64,000 bases of DNA from Candidatus Latescibacterota bacterium. GTDB lineage: Bacteria > Latescibacterota > UBA2968. Positions within the stretch are counted from its first letter, which is position 1; the number at the start of each line of letters is the position of its first letter. Shown here one piece after another: positions 20,770-30,496 of the stretch. The notes below the pieces were generated by a model. The model worked only from the letters and a program-made list of their open reading frames with translations. It was not told the DNA's origin and made no database searches. The stretch covers positions 1,280,001 through 1,344,000 of the forward strand of contig OZ240241.1 of NCBI GenBank assembly GCA_965198115.1, read 5' to 3'. Both the position numbers and the translations under genes were made by a program.

Positions 20770-22089
20770 TTAGCTCTGTTGCTGAATCCGATGTGCGAGG
20801 AGAATAGCTGGAGGGAGGAAGCAGAGGCCCGCTAAGAATACGTGACCAAACGATAGCCAAGCGGCCAGCACCCCGCCAACGATCGGCAACAGGCCCTGGA
20901 GCACGCCGAGCGTATTCATAAAGCTCGTGTAAGTGGGTCGTCGATCTTCTGGCGAGAGATCGAGCACGAGCGCCATCCGGCCCGTGTACATTCCGCTCGT
21001 GGCGAAGCCGTTGCACAAAAACGTCAGACTGAAAAAGAGCACTTGCGTGTCGAACGCGGCTACACCGAACACATCGAGTGGGCTGATCGCAATGCTCGGG
21101 ACGAACGGTGTGAGTAGCGGCACGGCCAGCGATGCACCCAGGAGGTACGTTCCGTAGATCATGAGGGAGCGACTGCCTCCCCGCGTGCCGACCCATGCCC
21201 ACAGGGCATTCGAAAGAATGGAGCTGACCTGCGTGACAGAGACGAAGAGCCCAATGTAAACCGTCGAAATGTGCAGATCGGTCAGCGCGTAGGGAACGTA
21301 AAAGGACGTTCCCATCATCGCGGCTGCCCAGAGATATCGCAGGATGAACAGCCGCCGATAATCCGCGTCCTCCTTGAGCAGACGAAACCCACTGGCAAGG
21401 TAGGATCGCATCGGTTCTCTTTCGCGTGCGACGTTCTCGATCGGCTCCCGGATCATCCGGAAAATCGACAGAGAGATGAGCGTGAAGGACCCGCTCAACA
21501 CGAAGAGAACCGCATAACCCCTCGGAAACACCAGACCCGAGGCATCGCTGAGCAGATAGGAAATGGCCACACCGGTCCCGATTGCCAGGCCGCCGCCAAG
21601 CAGCCGGCGCAGGGCGAACACGCGTGCCCGGTCTCCCGATGGAATCACCTTCCCAATCACATCCATCCACGGGACGTTCTTGATGCCCATCAACGACGTG
21701 GCCAGCGCGTAGAGTAGCAGGTAAAGCCCCAACAGAACGTTCGGTGACTCATCAGCCAGCATCCACGTCCCCACCCCGATGCCGATGGTGACCGAGCTCT
21801 GGAGCAGACCCGCGAGCACGAACACGGGCAGCTTGCGTTCCCGTCCCTCGATCAGATTGGAAATCAGGATCTGCGGCCAGGCCCATCCGACGCGCATCAT
21901 CGCGCGTGAAAGTCCGACGAGCACGCTCGATCCCGTCAGCAGCTGGATGTAGGCTGGAATCACCGCCTCGGAGCTCGAGAACGAATGCGCAAACTGCATC
22001 ACTCCGCCGTTGATAATGATCAGACGAGAGTTGCGCCTCGCGTCTCGTTCGTCCGTCGCTGCGGGCCGTGGTAATGCCGCCTCAGACAC
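20770..22089 (-). CDS. MFS transporter (paralogue C)
   Basis: Same motifs (WMDVIGKVIP, DLSPEDRRPTY), more divergent. Confidence 0.88.
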   Translation of the reverse strand: MSEAALPRPAATDERDARRNSRLIIINGGVMQFAHSFSSSEAVIPAYIQLLTGSSVLVGLSRAMMRVGWAWPQILISNLIEGRERKLPVFVLAGLLQSSVTIGIGVGTWMLADESPNVLLGLYLLLYALATSLMGIKNVPWMDVIGKVIPSGDRARVFALRRLLGGGLAIGTGVAISYLLSDASGLVFPRGYAVLFVLSGSFTLISLSIFRMIREPIENVAREREPMRSYLASGFRLLKEDADYRRLFILRYLWAAAMMGTSFYVPYALTDLHISTVYIGLFVSVTQVSSILSNALWAWVGTRGGSRSLMIYGTYLLGASLAVPLLTPFVPSIAISPLDVFGVAAFDTQVLFFSLTFLCNGFATSGMYTGRMALVLDLSPEDRRPTYTSFMNTLGVLQGLLPIVGGVLAAWLSFGHVFLAGLCFLPPAILLAHRIQQQS

Positions 22090-22298
22090 GTTGGGTCATT
22101 TGATTGGGTGATGTATCTGTTGAGTATCCCGATTTGGAGCCGCTTGGCCGGCAGCTCGCAACAGCGCCCCCGGGCAGAGCCCAGGGGCGAGCGAGCGCAT
22201 TGCCCAATTATCACAAATAGAGCGTACGCTCGTCCCTGTGCTCCGCACGGGGACGCCTTGGTTTATCGCCTGATGATTACTCACACTCTACGTCCCAG

Positions 22299-23954
22299 CT
22301 AAACTCCGAGGGCGTAGCCATCGCGTCTGGGATCGGCGCCTCCCATCATCGCGCCCGAATCGGGATCGACTGCAATGCCCTGCGCGCCTCCTACCGCTGC
22401 CGAGAAATCAGGCAGAGCTTCGATGTCGTGTCCCTTCGCGATCAGAGCTTCCCAGACTTCAGCGGGAACCCGGCTCTCCATCACGATCCGTTTGCCCGGC
22501 GCCCCGAACCGGAACCGAGGAGCTTCGATCGCAGCCTGAATGTTCATTTCGTAATCGATGAAGTTCGTCGTGAACTGGGTCGTTGTCTGCTGGATGCCCC
22601 AGCTCCCGGGCGTCCCGAGCGCTGACACGAGCCGGCCGTCTCGCCAAATCTGGCACGGCGAAAGACACATATCGACTTTCTTGTGGGGTTCGATGCAGTT
22701 CGGACTGCCGGGAACGACGTCTCCCCACTTGATGAAGTTGTTGAGAAACATACCGGTCTCGCCCAGCGCCACACCGGATCCGAATCCAGATCCCAGACTC
22801 TGTGTGATGGCCACCGAATTGCCGTCCGCATCGACCGCGTCAAAATGCGTCGTGCACTCGTTGATCCAATCTGATTCGGTGCCTGCCGGCACTGCTCCGC
22901 CCACGGGTTCCGGCGGAAAATACTCGCCACCGGTCACGCTCGCTTCCTCACCGATCATTGCACGGCGTTTGGCCGCGTAGCCCTTCGACAGGAGCCCATC
23001 GATCGGGGCGTCGTCGCCCTGGGCCGCATACTGAACCCGGTCGGCGTTGCTGAACTTGAGGGCCTCGATAAACAGATGCAACCCCTCTACCGAGTGATGG
23101 CCGATCGCCGCCAGATCATCTCCTTCGAGCATATTCAAGGTCTGTAGGATCTGGAACCCGGAGCTTGGTGCCGGTGGCGTAAAGACATCGAACCCACGAT
23201 AGTTGGTGCGGATCGGCTCGACCCAGATCGGCTCGAAATCGGCCAGGTCCTTCTCGCTCAGATAGCCTCCTTCGGACTGTACGAAGGATGTCATCTCCGC
23301 GGCCAGGTCTCCGCGGTAGAAGACATCCCGCCCTCCTTCGACGACACGCCGGAAAGATCGAGCAAGATTGCCCTGGACGAGAATATCGCCGGGTGCGGGA
23401 CCCGACCCGTTCGGGGCAATGATGGCAGCACCTGTCGGCCGCATTCGGGGAACCGAACTGGACATGAACGTATGGTTCTTGACCGTGACGGCGTAGCCAT
23501 TCTCCGCGAGTTCGATGGCCGGCTGGAAAACGGTCGCGCGATCCATCGTGCCGTGACGTTCGAGCAGCTCGAGCCAGCCGGCGCAGGCGCCGGGAACGAG
23601 ACAGGACGTCACACCCCCTTCCTGCAGGTCTTCGGTCGGAAATTTGTCTGCCGTGGCCTGATACGGCGTCGGGCCGCAATAGTCGAGAACCGAAAGCTTC
23701 CCCTCCTCGGCGGAATGAATCAATGCATAACCGACGCCCGCGATTCCTGACATATAGGGTTCAACCACGTTCAGCGCCGCCGCTGTCGCCACGATCGCGT
23801 CGAAGGCGTTCCCGCCTTGCAGTAGCATACGCACGCCCGCAAGCGTGGCGAGAGGGTGTGCGCTCGCAACCATTCCACGTGTGCCCGTGACTGTCGGCCG
23901 ATGGACCGTGCCCTTCGCGGAAAACGCCATACTCATCTCCTTGAAATCGACCAT
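22299..23954 (-). CDS. ggt: Gamma-glutamyltransferase
   Basis: GGNAFDA, VVEPYMSGIAG, CTTHFDAVD autocleavage Thr, GGADPRRDG. Confidence 0.93.
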   Translation of the reverse strand: MVDFKEMSMAFSAKGTVHRPTVTGTRGMVASAHPLATLAGVRMLLQGGNAFDAIVATAAALNVVEPYMSGIAGVGYALIHSAEEGKLSVLDYCGPTPYQATADKFPTEDLQEGGVTSCLVPGACAGWLELLERHGTMDRATVFQPAIELAENGYAVTVKNHTFMSSSVPRMRPTGAAIIAPNGSGPAPGDILVQGNLARSFRRVVEGGRDVFYRGDLAAEMTSFVQSEGGYLSEKDLADFEPIWVEPIRTNYRGFDVFTPPAPSSGFQILQTLNMLEGDDLAAIGHHSVEGLHLFIEALKFSNADRVQYAAQGDDAPIDGLLSKGYAAKRRAMIGEEASVTGGEYFPPEPVGGAVPAGTESDWINECTTHFDAVDADGNSVAITQSLGSGFGSGVALGETGMFLNNFIKWGDVVPGSPNCIEPHKKVDMCLSPCQIWRDGRLVSALGTPGSWGIQQTTTQFTTNFIDYEMNIQAAIEAPRFRFGAPGKRIVMESRVPAEVWEALIAKGHDIEALPDFSAAVGGAQGIAVDPDSGAMMGGADPRRDGYALGV

Positions 23955-24661
23955 CGACCGATGCCGTCAACGGTCATAAAAGCGGCCCCCGACAGGATTG
24001 AAATCCTTGCGCCGGAGGCCGGTTAACCAACGTAACAGTCGGGGGTTACTCGCCTGAATCGGGAAACAGCTGGCCAGAAGCGGATCGTCCGGCGAAAGCG
24101 TCTGAACCCGCTCTTTCAGCTGCGAAACCTGCCCGCGCAGCGCCTCGACTTCCTGGTTGACATCGTAGAGCCGCGCATAGAGCAGCTTGATGAGGTTCGC
24201 CAGCATATGGTTCCCCATCTGCGGGTCTTCTTCGAGCATTTCGTCAAGACCCTCGGAGCTCAACAACAACACGTCGGACGTTTCGTCCACAATGATCCGC
24301 GTGGATCGAATCTGTCCCGTGAAGACACCCATTTCGCCAGTCATGACCTCCGGCAAAGCCGGAGGCTTGAAAACTTGTGAACCGCTCAAAGCGGTTGGAA
24401 ACCAAGCGCCACCTAAAGGTGGCGATTACCTGAAAATGTTGAGCTGGTCGAGACTCAGGTCCTCCCGCTCCTGGTTCTGGATATACTCCCGAACCGTCTG
24501 TTCATCCTTGCCAACGGTGGAGACCCAGTAGCCTCTTGCCCAGAAATGCTGCCCGGTGAAGTTCGACCTGCGTCCCAGATAGTTCCGAGCAATGTGAATC
24601 GCACTCTTTCCTTTGATGAACCCTACCGTCTGAGCTACTGAGTGCTTCGGCGGGATCGAAA

Positions 24662-26035
24662 GAGCTCAGGTCAATAGGTGTGTAAAAGAAATCAGGCGGC
24701 CATCTTCCCGGCTTCGACCTGCGGTCCGGTTGAGTGTTTCTGATCGTAGACTTGTTGTAGCAAGTGTGGCGCGGTGAGTTTCCTGAATCGGCTCTCTGCG
24801 ACCTTGAGCGTACGCCAGATGAGAGTCGTGGCGTTCCTGACTTTCTTGAATCGCCTGGCGGCGTTTGTGCGAAGCCGAACGGAAGCAAAGGGGCTCTCGA
24901 CGACGTTCGTGGTTCTCAGGTGTTTCCAGTGTTCCTTCGGGAAGTCGTAGAACGTGACCATCCGATCCCAGTCTCTTTCGAGCGTCTCCACGGCGGCAGG
25001 GAACTGTGAGCGATACCGTGCGGCAAAGCGTTTCCGGAGCTTCTCGGCCTCCTTTTTCGTGCCGGCATAGGGGATCTGGACGAGCAGTGCGCGGGCTTCA
25101 GCCTGTGCACGCTTGGCGACCTTGTCGAGCACGTTGAGGATCTTGTGGTTCCAGCACCGTTGTTGCCGGCTCTCTGGCCAGACCTGATCAACGGCCGCCC
25201 AGATGCCCATATTCCCGTCCGCGGCGATCAGGACAGGATGTTCGAGCCCGCGATCCCGGAGATCCCGGAGCACCGTGAGCCAGGATTCTGTAGACTCTCG
25301 ATAACCGGGTTCTATCGCCAGGATCTCCTTGCTGCCGTCGCTCATCGCGCCGATCACGACCAGCAGACACGCCTTCTCGCGCTCGAGCCCGGCTTTGACG
25401 TAGATGCCATCAGCCCAGGCGTAGACCAGTTCGCGATTATCCAGACGCCTTTCTTTCCAGTCCTGGAAGTCGACCTCCCACTTCCCTCGAAGACGAGCGA
25501 TCGAGGTCGGCGAAAGCGGCGCGCCATCACCGAGCAGCGCACGCAAAGACAACTCGAAGTCGCCCTGGGAGAGACCGTGGAGATAAAGGTCGGGAAGCAG
25601 ATCTCCAATGGCCCTGGTTCTCCGGGCGAACAGGGGGAGGATGCGGCTTTCAAACCGCTCTTCCAGACCACGAACCCGGGGACGCCGGACCTTGATCGTT
25701 CCGCAGCTCGTCGAGAGACGCCGGGGCTTGCCGTAGCCGTTCCTGTAGCCCGTGGAGCTATCGACCTCGGCTCGGCGCTCATACCACGACCGGCCCAAGA
25801 ACGCGGTCGCCTCCTCCTCCAGAATGGACTGGAACCGGCCCTGGATCTCTTCACGGATCCAATCGTCAACCGTCTCCCACGTCGGCATGGACTTCAATGG
25901 GGCTCTATGCGTATGTTCCTTCACGGCGATCCTCCTTCCCAACCGGGCCTCTCACCCGGTTTTGTGTGAATCAACTATCTCACGGGAAGGGTAGGGTCGC
26001 CCTTTCTCTTTTTCCACACCTTTTGATTATAGCTC
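24662..26035 (-). mobile_element. IS256-family IS type A, copy 1 (1374 bp)
   Basis: IRs GAGCTCAGGTCAATAGGTGTGTAAAA / GAGCTATAATCAAAAGGTGTGGAAAA. 8-bp TSD GATCGAAA. Confidence 0.95.
24692..25942 (-). CDS. IS256-family (Mutator) transposase
   Basis: GYRNGY, WADGIY, DLRDRGL, QRCWNHK, LRTTNVVES. Confidence 0.95.
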   Translation of the reverse strand: MGRRIAVKEHTHRAPLKSMPTWETVDDWIREEIQGRFQSILEEEATAFLGRSWYERRAEVDSSTGYRNGYGKPRRLSTSCGTIKVRRPRVRGLEERFESRILPLFARRTRAIGDLLPDLYLHGLSQGDFELSLRALLGDGAPLSPTSIARLRGKWEVDFQDWKERRLDNRELVYAWADGIYVKAGLEREKACLLVVIGAMSDGSKEILAIEPGYRESTESWLTVLRDLRDRGLEHPVLIAADGNMGIWAAVDQVWPESRQQRCWNHKILNVLDKVAKRAQAEARALLVQIPYAGTKKEAEKLRKRFAARYRSQFPAAVETLERDWDRMVTFYDFPKEHWKHLRTTNVVESPFASVRLRTNAARRFKKVRNATTLIWRTLKVAESRFRKLTAPHLLQQVYDQKHSTGPQVEAGKMAA

Positions 26036-26787
26036 GATCGAAATCAACGTGTGCACATGGTCGGATCGCAGGTGACCCTCTTCCACACGGCATTCCTTCT
26101 GTGCGGCCAGATCCCGAATCACCTCGCCCAGATAGCGACGAATTTCACCATACAACACTTTTCTACGATACTTCCGAACCCAAACAACGTCATACTTGCA
26201 CTCCCATACCGTGTGACGTAGACTCCTTACGTTGTTCATTAGAGAGCCTTCCTTCCGTGTGCTTTGAGCGGTCCACGGCAAGGGAGGCTCTTACATATTT
26301 CTGGAACTGTCAAACTCTGGGAGTCTCCCCGGCAGAGCCGGGGGCTTACCAAGGTTTAGTTACATCAGCGTACAGGGTCCAGATGGTCCAGAAATTCTCC
26401 GGATGCGGACTCCAAACGGAGTCGGCCATCGAGTATCACGATCAGCCACTCGTCGATGGTTCTCGGCTCGGAGAGGACGGTACCCGGCTGGACCGTCTTA
26501 CGTTCGCCCAGGTCGAGCAAGGCCTGGATCTGCTGGTAATCCAGATCCTCGAACAAGGGAACATCGAGAAGCACTTTCACGAGCTGTACATCGTCCGACA
26601 TGCCCGGTCCTTTCCGGCTTATAACACACCAAAGGGGTTGAAGATCGCCCCCGATCAAGAGCACATAAGAAAGCCGCCGGGCACCCCAAAGTCAAGACTT
26701 GAGATGTGGGAAAGGGGTCGCGTCCACGGTCGCACCGGCCTATATTGGCGCCCGAATCACGAAACCCCAGCCCAACAGGAGCCCTGA

Positions 26788-27915
26788 GTGATGAACGTCA
26801 TAGAGATGACCGGCGAATTCGTCTCCCACAATTCGGCAAGCCAGCTGACCAACGTGCCCGTTTCAAAGGCGATCGCCAAGCGTATGCGGGAGGCCGGGAT
26901 GACGGTCGAAACTCTCCGCTATGATGATCCTCGCGGCGTACCGAAGATGTCCGTCGTCGGAAAAAAGGGTAGAGGCACGGGCGGTCTTGCCCTGATGGGG
27001 CATTCGGATGTCGTACCGGCCGAAGGATGGGCTTGGGATCCGTTCAAGCTCACGAAAAAAAAGGGGAAACTTTACGGGCGTGGCAGTGCGGATATGAAGG
27101 GCTCGGTCGCGTGCATGATCGCCGCTACAGACCGCTTTTCGTCTCGAGATCTGAAGCAGCCCATCTACGTTGTGGCGACTTCCGACGAGGAAATCAACTG
27201 CGGTGGCGCCGACCAGGTACATCGCCATTCGAAAACTCTCAAGGAGGGTAAAGTCCGCTACGGCATCATCGGAGAACCGACGCTGCTCGACGTCGTCGTC
27301 GCCCACAAGGGCTCCTTCAAAGCCGACGTCACCGCCCGCGGGAAGGCGACACACAGCAGTACAGGCAGAGGGTTCAACGCGAACCATAAGATGGTCCCCT
27401 TCCTGAACGAAGTCATCGAGCTTGGGAAGAAGCTCGACAGAGACCCGAAGTTCCGCGACGACCGTTTCACGCCCCCGAACTGCACGATGAACATCGTGAT
27501 GGGCGATGGGGACACCGCCGCGAACATCACAGCGCCATTGAGCAGGGCAACCGTCAACTGTCGGGTGATGCCGGGTCAGAACTGGGCGCCGATCGCGAAG
27601 CGGATCCGAGCCCTCGCAAAGAAGCACGACGTGACGGCCAAAATTTTCGACAGCCTCAAACCGCTCGACACGCCGGTCGACTCCCGCGTCGTCCAGGAGG
27701 CCCTCGCCGTCACGGGCAAACGGACGACGAAAACAGTCTCTTATGGCACCGACGGAATGGTCTTCGGAAAGTCGATCGAATGCGTCGTCCTGGGTCCGGG
27801 TGACATCAAGCAGGCCCATACGATCGATGAATGGATACTGCCGGAGCAGCTCAAAAAGGGCGTTGATGTCTTCGGTCAGATGGTTGCACGGTTCTGTATC
27901 GAAGACCCCTCTTGA
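26788..27915 (+). CDS. M20 peptidase / acetylornithine deacetylase (ArgE-like)
   Basis: GHSDVVP, GRGSADMKG, DEEI, IGEPT, AHKG, QAHTIDE. Confidence 0.9.
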   Translation: MMNVIEMTGEFVSHNSASQLTNVPVSKAIAKRMREAGMTVETLRYDDPRGVPKMSVVGKKGRGTGGLALMGHSDVVPAEGWAWDPFKLTKKKGKLYGRGSADMKGSVACMIAATDRFSSRDLKQPIYVVATSDEEINCGGADQVHRHSKTLKEGKVRYGIIGEPTLLDVVVAHKGSFKADVTARGKATHSSTGRGFNANHKMVPFLNEVIELGKKLDRDPKFRDDRFTPPNCTMNIVMGDGDTAANITAPLSRATVNCRVMPGQNWAPIAKRIRALAKKHDVTAKIFDSLKPLDTPVDSRVVQEALAVTGKRTTKTVSYGTDGMVFGKSIECVVLGPGDIKQAHTIDEWILPEQLKKGVDVFGQMVARFCIEDPS

Positions 27916-28139
27916 GAAACTGAGCGGGGGACGAGGAGAACGCGTGAGGCGATTGCCTCGACTTGGCGAGCAGGCGTGGCAGCGGGCCCCCTCTGGACGA
28001 TAGCAATGACCCGATAAATTCGATCGGCATGCGGGTGCTCCACCGACTGAAAGCAATCCAAACCTCACGCTCTCCGCGCCCTCTATTCCCCATCTCTATC
28101 TCGATCCATTGCCCTCCGTGACCTCCGTGGTAAGTTTTC

Positions 28140-30430
28140 ATGCCTTCATCTCCCCTGATCGCCGGTCTCGACGTCGGGACGACCAACATCAAGGCTCTGA
28201 TCGCCGAGCCTGATGGCACGGTCGTTTCTCTGACGTCACGACCCACCCCTGTGCACCACCCGAGTACCGGGCGAGCGCACTACGAGCCCGAGGAAATCTG
28301 GTCGGCCGTCTGCGACGTCCTCAGGGCTGCCACCTCTACGATCAGCGACACGAGCAGAATCACGGGGATTGCCGTGGCCAGTGTGGGCGAGACCGGTTTT
28401 CCGGTCGATGTGGACGGAAATCCTACACACCACGCTATCGCCTGGTTCGACACGAGGAGTGAGCCGCAGGCAGCGTGGGTCAGAGAGCGGATCGGTTCGG
28501 AACGTATCTATCAGATCTGTCGAATGCCGGTGAAACCGATCTTCGGACTGTGCAAGCTGCTCTGGATTCGGGACAACGCACCGGACGCTTACGCCCGCAC
28601 AACTTCCTGGCTGAACACGGCCGACTACGTGGCGTTCCTACTTTCCGGGGAAAAAGCCTCGGACCCGTCGCTCGCCTCCGAACCCTCCTCTTCGACATCG
28701 CGGCCGGAGATTGGTCATCCTACATCGTAGAGCAAGCCGATCTGCCGTCGGATATTCTCCCGCCGCTTCGGCGGTGCGGAGAGGCGATCGGGAACATCCT
28801 CCCTCGTGTTGCCGAACAGACCGGCCTGCCAACGACCTGCCGCGTGGCCGTGGGGGGGCACGACCACGTCTGCGGCGCACTGTGCGTGGGGGTCGTGGAG
28901 CCCGGGGACGTGCTGAACTCGCTAGGCTGTGACGCCTTGCGATAATTCTCCGCCCAGCTTAAGCTATTCGCAGAATAGGCAGAATCGTTTCAATACGGTT
29001 AACAGTGGAGACCGTTCCCTAATGAGTTGAGGGTCACCTAAGATCTGGCGGCCATGCGACATAGTGCCATAGGAGTACTTACAAGGCGCAACGGCCAAAA
29101 GCGGTTGTCGGACCTACGCCTGATGTCCCTTTCTTTACGCGAACGCGTTTGGCACATTCCGGGGGATCGGGACGCGAAACGCTCTCGACCTCCGACGGGT
29201 CCGCCATCGGCAGCACCGCCAGGGAGACGGCCGATTTTCTACCCCGCTTCGCCATTTTCGGGAAGCACCTTCAAAGCCGCCTTGTCGACAGACGCAAGCT
29301 CTTGTTTTTGAACTGGTTTAAGTGTTTCCGACACCTGAAAAACCCCCCTTTCGTCGACAACGGCCGCGATGCGCCAGTCCGGGACTGAAATTAGGACGGA
29401 TTAGCAAAAGAAACGGGACATGACCGGTCTCCGGTCGGACGGCCACAGGTTTTCCGCACCCCCCTATGCCCGCTGGGACCTGGCCTGGCCACGTCTTGAG
29501 CCTAATCGGTCGAAACGCGCTATTTTCGCGGTTCGAGAGCCTATTTCTCGGGCGTGTGGGAAAATGAAAAGGGCGCGGTCTACATCGGAACGCCCAGAGA
29601 GTTCATCCCCCTTATCTCCGGGTCGTCAGTTCTTGGTGCGTGAGAATGCGAATAGCGTAATCTGGGCGGGAATCTATCGTAAGCCGTAACAGCTAGGCAC
29701 CGCAGAAGCCGTCTTCCTATCGACCCTCGAGCCCATCGACGAACCCGAACTCGGCGATCAGGGCTATAGCGTCGGAGGTCACGTCGCTTGGGACCGGTAT
29801 TATGCTCTGGGTGGCCTCTACTCGTCAGGCGGATGTGTAGATTGGGTATCCTCCCTCCTCGGGGGACTCGACCGGGAAGACTTGCTCGATCGCGCGCAAC
29901 CGGTGCCTCCGGGGAGTCGAGGCGTCACGTTTCTGCCCCATCTCTGGATGTTGAATCCTCCCTACGGTGACGCGCCTTCACGAGCCGCATTCGTCGGTCT
30001 GACGGGAGACACAGATCAGGCGTGTCTGTATCGATCCGTCCTCGAAGGCATCGCTTTCGAGTCGCATCTTTGCCTCAACGGCCTGACACGTGTGGGTCCC
30101 ATCGATCGCATCCTTGCCATCGGGGGATCCACTCGCAATGACCTGCTCATGCAGATCAAGGCGAGCGTCTACGGCGGACCCATCACCGTCGTGAAGACAG
30201 AAGAGGCCGTCGCCCTAGGAGCGGCGATGTTGGGTGGTCTCGGGGCCGGCGTCTATGCCGATATCGAGGATGCGATCAACCAGGTCCGAATCGAAACACG
30301 CAGTGTAGACCCCGACCCTGTGATGGTTCAGCGATATGCCGAACTCTTCGAGCACGTATATACGCACGTGTATCCATCCCTCACGGACTTGAATCGACGT
30401 ATTCACGCGGCACAGAGCGATCCGGGGTAG
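28140..30430 (+). pseudogene. FGGY carbohydrate kinase (xylulokinase-like), frameshifted near 28680 and interrupted by a 764-bp element
   Basis: GLDVGTTNIK, AWFDTR, GGHDHVC. LNSLG|TAEA is rejoined on removing the insert. SVLEGIAF, IGGSTRN, ALGAAMLG follow. Confidence 0.92.
28928..29691. mobile_element. Non-autonomous (MITE-like) element, 764 bp, TGT...ACA ends, no transposase
   Basis: About 45-bp imperfect terminal IRs (37/46 identical, counting one flanking base). Direct repeat GCTAGGC at 28921-28927 and 29692-29698. Host frame restored on excision. Confidence 0.88.
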
Positions 30431-30496
30431 ACCGATCGGATCAATGATAGGTTGGAAGGTGGGAGAAACTACGGCGGGGGCAGGAAGAGCTACTAA

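Larger units (their letters stand above)
24426..26239 (-). pseudogene. tnpA: IS200 Y1 (HUH) transposase, split by IS256
   Basis: WECKY..KYRRK, DHVH, PPKHSVA..GFIKGKS, FWARGY, REYI. Confidence 0.92.
24339..26369 (-). mobile_element. IS200-group element (IS200/IS605 family, tnpA only), copy 1; 649 bp net, interrupted by IS256
   Basis: Subterminal hairpins CCTCCGGCAAAGCCGGAGG and CCCCGGCAGAGCCGGGG. Limits set by identity with copy 2. Confidence 0.9.
23967..26601 (-). pseudogene. Cyclic-nucleotide-binding domain protein split by IS200 (itself carrying IS256)
   Basis: N-part MSDDVQLVKVLLDVPLFEDL...ILDGRLRL...LDPV and C-part GEMGVFTGQIRST... are halves of a cNMP domain. Confidence 0.85.

Noticed and set aside
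24339-24425. IS200 right-end hairpins as an omega-RNA/TnpB guide locus
   Set aside because: Neither copy has tnpB or iscB, and the 87-bp tail is explained by ordinary subterminal hairpins.
25897-26787. 296-aa plus-strand ORF and other long antisense ORFs (for example 26863-28068, 51871-53037, 11094-12056)
   Set aside because: These are shadow frames of real genes or IS junctions in GC-rich DNA, with no recognisable motifs.
28921-29698. The insertion totals 771 bp (a multiple of 3): possible group I intron, IStron or intein
   Set aside because: There is an in-frame stop at 28943-28945. No splice register gives an exon ending in U with an intron ending in G, and no group II GUGYG/AY ends are present. 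Terminal IRs plus a TSD indicate DDE transposition.
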